The notes below the pieces were generated by a model that worked only from the letters and a program-made list of their open reading frames with translations, did no database searches and was not told the DNA's origin. From a bacterium (GTDB taxonomy: Bacteria; Patescibacteriota; Minisyncoccia; UBA6257; JACOXY01): 32,895 bases of DNA. Numbering within the stretch: position 1 is the stretch's first letter; each line of letters opens with the position of its first letter. Position numbers and translations under genes: made by a program. Of the stretch, positions 8,482 through 16,566 are shown one piece after another. The DNA is taken from the NCBI GenBank assembly GCA_030680955.1, contig JAUXUB010000031.1, forward strand, positions 1 through 32,895, given 5' to 3'.

Positions 8482-8856
8482 CTATCGAAAAAACCCGAAG
8501 TAAATCCATAAACAAAATAATATTACAAGAATTAAAACGATGTATTTACCCCACCAAGAAAGACTTTTATTACCCGAAAAATCTAAAATTAATCCCGCCA
8601 TTGTAAAAGCTAGAATATCCAAAAACAAAGTCAAATAAATTCCACCCCAAACGCCAGAAGACAAATAACCATTTGTTATCAACGATAGGACTGTAACCGG
8701 TGCAGATAAAATTATTCTCACTGAATCTCCAATTGCAAGGCAAGAACCTGAAACACCGGCAAAATACGAACCACTGCAATATCACGTTATAAAAAATAAG
8801 ACTACAATAACCACCAACCCCAAGAAAAAACCCCGATATACGTATTTAAATGTCAT
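8482..8856 (-). pseudogene. Membrane protein gene interrupted by one in-frame TGA
   Basis: ATG 8856 reads MTFKYVYRGFFLGLVVIVVLFFIT, TGA at 8784-8782, then continues in frame YCSGSYFAGVSGSCLAIGDSVRIILSAP... to the stop at 8482. Confidence 0.65.
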
Positions 8857-9009
8857 AAAAATTTATAAAATTAATAATAATTTCTTATCCTCAATCTTAT
8901 GAGTTTCGCTTTCTAAAAATATAATTTCTCACTTTCAAAATACCTATTTACATCTATATCTATTATACCACAGCACGCTACTATATTTCTTACATTTCTT
9001 ACATCTCCT

Positions 9010-9221
9010 CTAAAGCAAACTCTTAAATTCTTCGTCAGTAAGTCCAGCGTCACGAATAATACCTTTCAGCGTGTAAGGGTTTAGTCTTTTATGACGAGGA
9101 ATAATAATCTTCATTCTGCCATTCTTTAGTCCATAATGCTTTCCGCCGCTTTTTGAAATCAAAAACCGACCTTAGTAAAAGCCTTGATAGCGCGCTCAGA
9201 AGAAACGTCTGTAAAAAGCAT
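9010..9221 (-). pseudogene. hicA: HicA-family toxin, frameshifted
   Basis: MLFTDVSSERAIKAFTKVGF / ISKSGGKHYGLKNGRMKIIIPRHKRLNPYTLKGIIRDAGLTDEEFKSLL*; one base is missing at the T run 9161-9165 (212 bp in total). Confidence 0.85.
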
Positions 9222-9232
9222 GTGATAAGAAG

Positions 9233-9433
9233 TTAAGTAACCGAGACCTCTACTTCCCGCATTATTGATCCCTTAAGCTCTTCTTTTCCCATTTCAAGAT
9301 ATGTAAGAATAGCATCCTTGATATTTTCTAAAGCTCCTTTTTCTGTTGATCCTTCACTATGACAACCCGGAAGTGCTGGGACGTGAGCGTCATACCCATA
9401 TTTGCTCTTATGAACAATAACAGTGTATTTCAT
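9233..9433 (-). CDS. hicB: Short HicB-family antitoxin
   Basis: YDAHVPALPGCHSEGST...ALENIKDAI; no DNA-binding domain. Confidence 0.9.
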   Translation of the reverse strand: MKYTVIVHKSKYGYDAHVPALPGCHSEGSTEKGALENIKDAILTYLEMGKEELKGSIMREVEVSVT

Positions 9434-9467
9434 ATATTTAGAAATACTAGCATATTTTGATTAAATT

Positions 9468-10334
9468 TCAAGCTACAATTTTACTTAATTCTTCGTAAGC
9501 TCCTTTTGGATTTTTACTATTAAATATATATGCACCCGCTACAAAGAGATTAGCACCCGCTTCCTTAGCCAGTTTTGCAGTTTCTAAATTTATTCCACCA
9601 TCAACCTCAATAATCGAATCTTGAAACCGATTGCGTAATTTTTTTATTTTCTCAAAAATTCTCTGATCCATCTTTTGTCCAGATGGACCAGGTGTCACTC
9701 CTAAAATTAAAAAACCATCAAAATGAAGTGCCTCGCTGTCAGCAGACAGTAATTTTTCTTTTCGAGGCACGGAACCCCGCACCAAAGCCCCACCAGACGC
9801 CATGTTCATATCCATAAAATCTTTTTTTTCTAATACCACTCCATCACTAAATTGATTCAAGGGACTTTTAGTGCGCGGGTCAGTATATGCAAACAACCTA
9901 TCAACTTCTGTTTCAGGTTTGATAGCCAAAAAACATTCTGCATTATATTTTTTGCATTTTTCTAAAATTAAAACTGAATCCTGCATTACTTCTAAATGAA
10001 CAATTATCCTTTTTGCGCCAGCTCTTAGCCACGCGTCAATATATACTTCGGGATTTTCTATCATCAAATGAACCTCAATCTTGATTCTTGATTCATTATT
10101 CATGATACTTGTGAGTTCGTCTGGATTATTCCAAGAAATGTGGGGTGTGAATTTGCCGTCAGAGACATCAATATGAACCCATTTATCCGCCGTAGCTTTA
10201 GCGAAGGAGGACGCGCCCGTCCCGCCTTCATCGGGATTAGGGTTTTCCTGCTTAAAAGCTGATGCGAAAGCGATGCGTTTTTTAATACAAGAAAAATCTT
10301 CACAGTTAATTGAGGGAATAACAATATTTTGCAT
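9468..10334 (-). CDS. rpe: Ribulose-phosphate 3-epimerase with multiple in-frame insertions
   Basis: IPSI, HIDVSDG, EVHLM, GVTPGPSGQ, EVDGGI; 288 aa from ATG 10334, with TGATAAGAT 7 nt upstream. Confidence 0.9.
   Translation of the reverse strand: MQNIVIPSINCEDFSCIKKRIAFASAFKQENPNPDEGGTGASSFAKATADKWVHIDVSDGKFTPHISWNNPDELTSIMNNESRIKIEVHLMIENPEVYIDAWLRAGAKRIIVHLEVMQDSVLILEKCKKYNAECFLAIKPETEVDRLFAYTDPRTKSPLNQFSDGVVLEKKDFMDMNMASGGALVRGSVPRKEKLLSADSEALHFDGFLILGVTPGPSGQKMDQRIFEKIKKLRNRFQDSIIEVDGGINLETAKLAKEAGANLFVAGAYIFNSKNPKGAYEELSKIVA
9728..9880. mobile_element. Two abutting inverted-repeat elements inserted in-frame in rpe (153 bp)
   Basis: GTGCCTCG...CGAGGCAC (9728-9770) and ACCCCGCACCAAAG...CTTTTAGTGCGCGGGT (9774-9880). 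Confidence 0.7.
10186..10236. repeat. Two short palindromic elements in-frame in rpe
   Basis: TCCGCCGTAGCTTTAGCGAAGGAGGA (10186-10211) and TCCCG-CCTTCAT-CGGGA (10220-10236); together encode PDEGGTGASSFAKATAD. Confidence 0.7.
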
Positions 10335-10351
10335 AATATTAATCTTATCAC

Positions 10352-10379
10352 AAAAACTCCCACATAAAAGCGGGAGTTT
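10352..10379 (-). terminator. Probable intrinsic terminator after the FN3 gene
   Basis: AAACTCCCGC-TTTTAT-GTGGGAGTTTTT on the minus strand. Confidence 0.6.
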
Positions 10380-10400
10380 CAAGATGCGATTTTTTGCGAA

Positions 10401-11627
10401 TTAATACCCAAAATCACTCACAAACGAATAAACGTTCCTTGCGGTGCTATCCATCACTTTTAAGACAAGCGCATAAGTGGTCGATGCATAATTAGGTATA
10501 AATGTTGGGCCAGGAACCGTTGTAGAGGAAGTGCCTCCAATCAAAGTACCAGAAGCATTACTTAATTGTGGACAAGGTACGGTGCTGGATGGATTTGAAA
10601 TATAACAACTATTCCACGACCAATTAAATGAGCTCAAATCACCATCCACGTCTTTCGCCCAAGCGCCACCATGAGTATGTACAACACCAATAGGAATATA
10701 ATGCTGCGAACCGGCGTTAGCAGTCGGGGAACTCTTAACTATTGGGGAAGGCGTAGGATATGGAGTTGGGGTTGGGGTAGCCACAGTATAAGTAAATTCT
10801 ACTTTTGTGGCGTAGCCTGCTGTAACAGAAAAAACCTTACTACAACTACCATTCACACAAGTTACGGCAGTCGAGCTTCCAACTGTGCAATCCGACTGCG
10901 CTCCGCTTAAAAACTGACAAGACCCTGCTTTTTTAGTATAACCGCTTAAATCAGTAACATAAGCAGTATGAGTGCCTGGAGTTTTACTCTGAAACCATGC
11001 TGGATTATATGAATTGCTACCAGCTTGGTTAGCTAGCGCATCAACGTTTGCTGAAGTTGTGACTGTTCCCGAAAGTCCAGACCTTAAAATTTCTACTTCA
11101 CCAAAAGTTGGTGTTGGAGTTGGAGATACAATTGGTGTTGAAGAAGGTGTCGGCGTTACACACGAAAGTATTCCGCAAGAAAGACAGGAACCACCAACAT
11201 AACTACAATTAACAGGTGGGGTGGCACAAGAAACACAAGATGCTGGTGTCGTCGCATTTGCAATATTAGAAAAGACTGAGAGTTTGTTTCCGCTAACAGT
11301 TTTTGCCTTATAATAATATGTTGTGGAAATACTTAGGCCTTGATCCGAATAACTTGTGCTATTTGCTGGGGTAGTCGCTATCAATTTAAATCCAATACTT
11401 TTATCTAGGCTCCGATAAATGTTATATCCAGTTTCGTTAGAATTAGTATCATACCAAGTAAGATTAATTTGCGTTGTAGAGATCGGAGTAGCACTTAAGA
11501 CTGTAGGCTCATAAAGTTTTGCTATTGTAGTAAGCACGCTATTTCCCCCTTGTCCCATTAATAATACACTTCCCAAACCAATCAATACTACCACACCTAC
11601 AAGTAAATATATTTTTGACATAGGCAT
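10401..11627 (-). CDS. Membrane-anchored or secreted surface protein with fibronectin type III domain, Cys-rich motif, Pro/Thr linkers and C-terminal PKD-like domain
   Basis: N-terminal hydrophobic helix; INLTW...NETGYNIYRS...YSDQGL...YYYK; TPTP linkers; PTANAG...DVDGD...W...LKVMD. Confidence 0.8.
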   Translation of the reverse strand: MPMSKIYLLVGVVVLIGLGSVLLMGQGGNSVLTTIAKLYEPTVLSATPISTTQINLTWYDTNSNETGYNIYRSLDKSIGFKLIATTPANSTSYSDQGLSISTTYYYKAKTVSGNKLSVFSNIANATTPASCVSCATPPVNCSYVGGSCLSCGILSCVTPTPSSTPIVSPTPTPTFGEVEILRSGLSGTVTTSANVDALANQAGSNSYNPAWFQSKTPGTHTAYVTDLSGYTKKAGSCQFLSGAQSDCTVGSSTAVTCVNGSCSKVFSVTAGYATKVEFTYTVATPTPTPYPTPSPIVKSSPTANAGSQHYIPIGVVHTHGGAWAKDVDGDLSSFNWSWNSCYISNPSSTVPCPQLSNASGTLIGGTSSTTVPGPTFIPNYASTTYALVLKVMDSTARNVYSFVSDFGY

Positions 11628-11700
11628 AAAATAAATTTTAGTTAATAATAGAAGCGACAAATATAGATTACACTATACAGACAGGGGGGCAATGTGGATA

Positions 11701-11843
11701 ACCCTGCACCAAGCATCAAATATAATTTAGTCTGGTTTGTATGTTTGCAACACGGAACTCGCCTCAATTCGTACAATAGAACTTATTGAATTTCGGCTTT
11801 AGTTTAAATATTGCTATTACCTGTACTTAATGCTGATGCGGGG
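11701..11843. mobile_element. MITE-like element with CCC(T/C)GCA(C/T)CA ends
   Basis: ACCCTGCACCAAGCAT...ATGCTGATGCGGGG imperfect terminal inverted repeats; same end family as 9774-9880. Confidence 0.55.
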
Positions 11844-11852
11844 CAGGCTATC

Positions 11853-12308
11853 CTATTTAAAATTCTCTCCCTCAATTACATCAATTTTGCCAAGACGTCT
11901 TTGGTTACGTTCGGCGTTATCAAAGTTAGTGCGAAGCCAAACATCAAGTATCTCGCTGGCTTCTTCTGGTTTTAGCCAATCGGCAGGAAGAGTTAAAACA
12001 TTGGCATTCTCATGTGCGCGAGATTGAATAGCAACTTCCTTCTTAAAAGCAAGCGCGGAGCGAACTCCTTTATATTTGTTTGCAACCATATCTACGCCAT
12101 GCCCCGAACCACATACCAAGATACCTTTATGCTCCTCTGGGGAACTTGCCACGCTTTTTGCCACCATTGCCGCAAAATCTGGATAATCGTCAACTTCTAC
12201 TTCCTCAATTGCACCCACATCAAAAAACTGGACTTTATTTTCAATAAGCCATTTTTTTAAAATCTCTTTTAGTTCAAAGCCGCGATGATCGGCGCCAATA
12301 TATATCAT
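11853..12308 (-). CDS. rpiB: Ribose-5-phosphate isomerase B
   Basis: IGADHRG, DYPD, CGSGHG, ANK, RAHENAN, R...RR. Confidence 0.95.
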   Translation of the reverse strand: MIYIGADHRGFELKEILKKWLIENKVQFFDVGAIEEVEVDDYPDFAAMVAKSVASSPEEHKGILVCGSGHGVDMVANKYKGVRSALAFKKEVAIQSRAHENANVLTLPADWLKPEEASEILDVWLRTNFDNAERNQRRLGKIDVIEGENFK

Positions 12309-12313
12309 AAGTA

Positions 12314-12778
12314 TCACTTATTTATAACATAAGGAGCAGAGGTTAAACAACTTGGCCCCTCTGGTGATTTTGATTCGTACTTAGCACAAATTTTAAAATC
12401 AGTACCGGTAGAAATCAATTCGTAATAATATTGTTGATTAGTCGCTGGATCAGTCGGTAGATATTTTATACCTATACTAACTGGGCCGCCCACACAATTT
12501 AAATCGCTATTTGGCTTAATTAAACTTCCAAGTTTTTCTGGATATTTTTTACAAACATCAAAAAATAATTCTAATCCATTATGAATTTTCTTTAAATCGG
12601 AAATCCGCCGACCATCTTGACTCTGCAACCAACTTGCTTTGCTTGGTATGAAATTTAAGATAAAAAAGAAAATAAATAAAAAAGAAACTATACCCAAAAT
12701 AATTTTTGCATTTATAACTCTCCTATATTTTAAAATGCGTAACTTAATTGCCGATTTGTTTAGAACACGAGTAGTCAT
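12314..12778 (-). CDS. GspG/pilin-like protein lacking a recognisable prepilin cleavage motif
   Basis: TM helix then DGRRISDL...LELF...YP...LPTDP...YYY...FKICAKYE. Confidence 0.65.
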   Translation of the reverse strand: MTTRVLNKSAIKLRILKYRRVINAKIILGIVSFLFIFFFILNFIPSKASWLQSQDGRRISDLKKIHNGLELFFDVCKKYPEKLGSLIKPNSDLNCVGGPVSIGIKYLPTDPATNQQYYYELISTGTDFKICAKYESKSPEGPSCLTSAPYVINK

Positions 12779-12786
12779 TTTTTAAA

Positions 12787-13659
12787 TTATGATTTTTTTA
12801 CTATTGCTAACAAAACTAATAAAATAACCACCGCAACCGCCACAATTATTCCAAAAATAAAAAATCCAATAATGTATCCTTTCTTTTCTGCGGGCTGAAG
12901 AGAAAGTAAAGACGATTTTTTAAGTGCAATATCGCGATACATAAGATACGTATAAATAAGTACATATGGCATAAACAAAGCGATGAAAATTTGAGACGTA
13001 ATTTGCGACATTAGGTTATAATTCACAATATTTGAGCCGAAAAATACTTTCCCCAATGCAACAATTAAACCCAATGCAAAAGAGATACTAAGAAAAGCCA
13101 AACCCAACACAAAAAATCTTCCGAAAACTGGCCAAAAATAACCCCTTAGGTATGCCTTGCTCTTCTTAAGCGCGTTTATTCCTCGCAATTCTTCATGAAC
13201 AAATACATAACTGGCCAATGAAAACCAGACCATAAAAACCAGACCAGGAATATATAATAAAGTGGCACCGCCAATAAATACAAATAATGTTAATATTCCA
13301 ACCCAAATAAATGGAAATATTTTAGAAAACGCGAAACGATAAGCATTATAAATAGAAATGGGTTGTGAAATCGCATAAATTAATGCAATTTGATAAGTAA
13401 TGCTCAACACAAAAGAAACAATGGTGATTATCAAGCTCAAAATTAATAACACTATTGTAGTAACAGTTCCATAATTTGGAATAAATCCAATAACCGTATG
13501 AACAAGGCCGACAATAACTGGTATTCCCGCAATGGCGAAAAATGTATCAAAACGCGCACGGTAAATTTCAAACGCTTGATCAAAAAGATCGCCGATTGAA
13601 ATTAACTTCGGCAAAACCAAAGGTGGTTTAGTGGATTCCAATGTTTGTGCTTCATCCAT
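12787..13659 (-). CDS. Polytopic membrane protein (uncharacterised)
   Basis: Multiple TM helices; IGDLFDQAF, GINALKKS...G.FWPVFGR pattern. Start moved to ATG 13659 because the upstream part is a repeat array. Confidence 0.8.
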   Translation of the reverse strand: MDEAQTLESTKPPLVLPKLISIGDLFDQAFEIYRARFDTFFAIAGIPVIVGLVHTVIGFIPNYGTVTTIVLLILSLIITIVSFVLSITYQIALIYAISQPISIYNAYRFAFSKIFPFIWVGILTLFVFIGGATLLYIPGLVFMVWFSLASYVFVHEELRGINALKKSKAYLRGYFWPVFGRFFVLGLAFLSISFALGLIVALGKVFFGSNIVNYNLMSQITSQIFIALFMPYVLIYTYLMYRDIALKKSSLLSLQPAEKKGYIIGFFIFGIIVAVAVVILLVLLAIVKKS

Positions 13660-13768
13660 AGATATTAAGAAATTTACAATACTCAATTTATGCCGATAAA
13701 GTCGGGACAATTTACATTTAAATTTCAATGTTTCACTTCAAGATATTTAAAATTGAGAAATTGGATTA

Positions 13769-13990
13769 TCAAGCTTTTCTAAATTCTTCATCACTTACTT
13801 GGGCAAGTTCCAATACGCCCAAAAGTGTGCCACGCGTTAACTCTCTATGGAGTGGCACAATTGTAGTAATAATTTTTTCTCCGTCTTTTCTTCTTAATTT
13901 TACATGACTACCTTTTTGAGACACAACAAAAAAACCAAACTCACGTATTAAAATTTTTATAACTTCTTTCCCAGAATAGGTTTTAGCCAC
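13769..13990 (-). CDS. hicA: HicA-family toxin
   Basis: SGKEVIKIL...GF...QKGSHVKL...VPLH.EL..GTL; GTG start overlaps the end of hicB. Confidence 0.9.
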   Translation of the reverse strand: MAKTYSGKEVIKILIREFGFFVVSQKGSHVKLRRKDGEKIITTIVPLHRELTRGTLLGVLELAQVSDEEFRKA

Positions 13991-14207
13991 GAGTTGAAAC
14001 TTCAATAGAAGTGATAAGTGGAATTTCTTTTGAAAGAGTATTTTTATTCGCTGGCATATCTTCTAGGTAGAGTTCTACAGCTTCCCGAAGATTCTCTTTG
14101 GCTTTCTCAATGGTTCTCCCTTGTGTAGTTACTCCAAGTTCAAGAGAGCGAGCAACAAACCATTTTCCTTCTTTTTGAATAATTGCCGTTGATTTATAAT
14201 GTATCAT
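13983..14207 (-). CDS. hicB: Short HicB-family antitoxin
   Basis: WFVARSLELGVTTQGRT...AKENLREAVELYLE. Confidence 0.9.
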   Translation of the reverse strand: MIHYKSTAIIQKEGKWFVARSLELGVTTQGRTIEKAKENLREAVELYLEDMPANKNTLSKEIPLITSIEVSTRG

Positions 14208-14265
14208 ATAAAAATAATAGCAAATGAGAGTAAGAAAATCAAACTCATTTATAATATTTTACATC

Positions 14266-15270
14266 TTATAAATTTGCCGCGACTCTCCTCACATGCTCTA
14301 CTAAAGTTGCGGTGTAACCCGCTTCGTTATCGTACCAAGAAAGTACCTGAGCAAAATCTCCATCCATCAATTTAGTCATCCCAAGATCTATAACTGCACC
14401 GTATAGCTCTCCTATAATATCAGTTGAAACAAGCGGCTCATGCGATGCTTTTACGGTTTTGGAAAATCGAGGGGAGTTCGCTCCGATTTCTAATGCTTTA
14501 TTAAGTTCTTCAAGAGTTGTTTTCTTTTTTAAAAGCACGGTGATAACGCTAATTGAACCTGCGATAACTGGCACACGAAGAGAGACTGCATCAAACTTAT
14601 CTTTCAACTGTGGCATCGCTTGAACCACGGCTTCAGCCGCTCCTGTTGTTGAAGGCACGATATTTACCGCGGCAGCGCGCCCTCGTCGCAAATCTTTGGA
14701 ATCCGGCGCATCAACTAATTTTTGCGTAGCAGTATAGCCATGTGTTGTGCTCATTCCCGCTTTAACAATTCCAAACGCTTCGTCCAAGATTGCAAGTACT
14801 GGCGCAACAGAATTTGTCGTGCAAGATGCGTTACAAGTTATCGGACCAGTCTTTCCAAAAAGGTCGTCATTCACTCCAACTAGTAACGTTGCGACTTCCC
14901 CTTTGGCTGGAGCCGAAATTACAACACGCTTTGCTCCGGCCGTAAGATGAGCTTTAGCTTTTTCACCTTCTGTAAAAAAGCCAGTGGACTCTACAACGAC
15001 ATCCACGCTAAGCTTGCCCCAAGGAAGTGCGCTAGGATCTTTTTCGGAAAACACTTGAACCTTTGTTCCGTCTACGGAAAAAAATCCATCTCCTGATTCA
15101 ACTTTTTTGCCATAACGACCGTAAACTGAATCGTACTTTAATAAATAACTAAGAGTTGCTGTATCGGTTAAATCGTTTACAGCTACTATATCGAAATCAG
15201 GCGACCCAAACGCATCTCTAAAAAATAATCTGCCAATTCGGCCAAAGCCGTTAATCGCAATTTTTGCCAT
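14266..15270 (-). CDS. gap: Type I glyceraldehyde-3-phosphate dehydrogenase
   Basis: INGFGRIGR, NASCTTN, PSTTGAA, WYDNE. Confidence 0.97.
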   Translation of the reverse strand: MAKIAINGFGRIGRLFFRDAFGSPDFDIVAVNDLTDTATLSYLLKYDSVYGRYGKKVESGDGFFSVDGTKVQVFSEKDPSALPWGKLSVDVVVESTGFFTEGEKAKAHLTAGAKRVVISAPAKGEVATLLVGVNDDLFGKTGPITCNASCTTNSVAPVLAILDEAFGIVKAGMSTTHGYTATQKLVDAPDSKDLRRGRAAAVNIVPSTTGAAEAVVQAMPQLKDKFDAVSLRVPVIAGSISVITVLLKKKTTLEELNKALEIGANSPRFSKTVKASHEPLVSTDIIGELYGAVIDLGMTKLMDGDFAQVLSWYDNEAGYTATLVEHVRRVAANL

Positions 15271-15425
15271 AAAGAATAACCGCTAATATAACTAATACTA
15301 GACAAAATACACTAATTTTCTAATTATATATTGTCAGCATTCGTATATTTAGTTTTAAATTTATATATTCGTGATTACTCTCATTATAACCTGTGAGTAG
15401 CTAACCAAGCAAGCTAAGTTATTAT

Positions 15426-16562
15426 TTAGAAAGCCCACGAGCCACTTGTAAATATTACAGTAAAATACAATAACATTACGAGAAAAATTCCCATTACACC
15501 ACCTTGTAGAAGCTTATTTTTGAAAGAGCCTAAAATCATAAAAATCGGAAATATGGCGAATGCATACCTAGCATTACTTATCCCCCACGATAATGATGCG
15601 AAAAGAAATAATGAGGCTATAGAAAATAAGGCATATTCCCATCGCATTCTTTTTATACCAAGAATAATTATTAGAAGAGTAGAAAAGGTAAATATAGCAT
15701 TCCAGCCACGCGTCATCATAAATTCTTGATTTTTATAATTATTAAATTTAAACGTAGCAATTAAATCATCATAAGATTCTTTAAAGGGGACTATCAGATG
15801 TTTTGTAGTATTAAAAGATATTTTTTCATTCAGAAAAAATAGATAATCATCATAATAGAATTTATTAATTCCCATGTAAATCACTACTGCTAAAATTGGC
15901 AACAAACATAAATAAAATAACTGAAAATTAAACTTTCTGTTTTGATAATAATTATAAATAAAATATAAAAAATAAATTGGTACTAAGACCACCCCAACAA
16001 TTCTTGTCAAAATTGATCCGAAAGCAAAAAGTCCTGCTGTAAAATAATTTTCTTTTCTCAAATAATAAAAACTTGAAATTGTTAAAAAAAGAAACAGAGA
16101 TTCAGAATAAACACTTACGGCAAAGTAACTTGTAGGATATAGATTTAGAAAAAGAACAGAAGAAAAAGCGATCTGCTTATCTTTAAATTCATAAAACGCT
16201 AATTTATAAAGCATTAAAGAAGCCAGAATATTTGAAATAAAGGAAACTAAAACTCCAGAAAATGGAATAGTAAATCCAAATAGAGAGACTAAATAGATTA
16301 GTGCGGGGTAAAGAGGAGGAAAATGACTATGGAAAGCCCAATCCTCTAGCTTTGTATTAGTTAACAAATAAGCAGAGGTGGCTATGGCTTTATACGAACC
16401 AGAATCCCATCTATCCCAAATACTTATCCAATCTTCGTTTGGGTTACTTGCAAAATTAAAACTAAATACAGCCCAAGTAAATATTAGCAATTTTATTAAT
16501 AGAACTACCGCGATTATTCGTGCTTCAGTACTATATTTTAGTGGTAATGTTATGCGAAACAT
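15426..16562 (-). CDS. GT-C fold membrane glycosyltransferase (PIG-V/mannosyltransferase-like)
   Basis: RWDSGSY..IA, FPPLYP, YSESLFL, many TM helices. Confidence 0.8.
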   Translation of the reverse strand: MFRITLPLKYSTEARIIAVVLLIKLLIFTWAVFSFNFASNPNEDWISIWDRWDSGSYKAIATSAYLLTNTKLEDWAFHSHFPPLYPALIYLVSLFGFTIPFSGVLVSFISNILASLMLYKLAFYEFKDKQIAFSSVLFLNLYPTSYFAVSVYSESLFLFLTISSFYYLRKENYFTAGLFAFGSILTRIVGVVLVPIYFLYFIYNYYQNRKFNFQLFYLCLLPILAVVIYMGINKFYYDDYLFFLNEKISFNTTKHLIVPFKESYDDLIATFKFNNYKNQEFMMTRGWNAIFTFSTLLIIILGIKRMRWEYALFSIASLFLFASLSWGISNARYAFAIFPIFMILGSFKNKLLQGGVMGIFLVMLLYFTVIFTSGSWAF

Positions 16563-16566
16563 TAAA

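Noticed and set aside
8782-8784. Genetic code 25 (TGA = Gly)
   Set aside because: Conserved genes (fba, tkt C-terminal subunit, rpe) end at TGA at expected lengths and long ORFs have no internal TGA.
9728-9880. Intein or self-splicing intron in rpe
   Set aside because: No Cys/Ser...His-Asn intein ends and no recognisable group I or II core; better explained as inverted-repeat elements.
11693-11701. oriC from a perfect DnaA box (TGTGGATAA)
   Set aside because: Single box; the other match (24549-24557) is coding sequence and there is no dnaA or box cluster.
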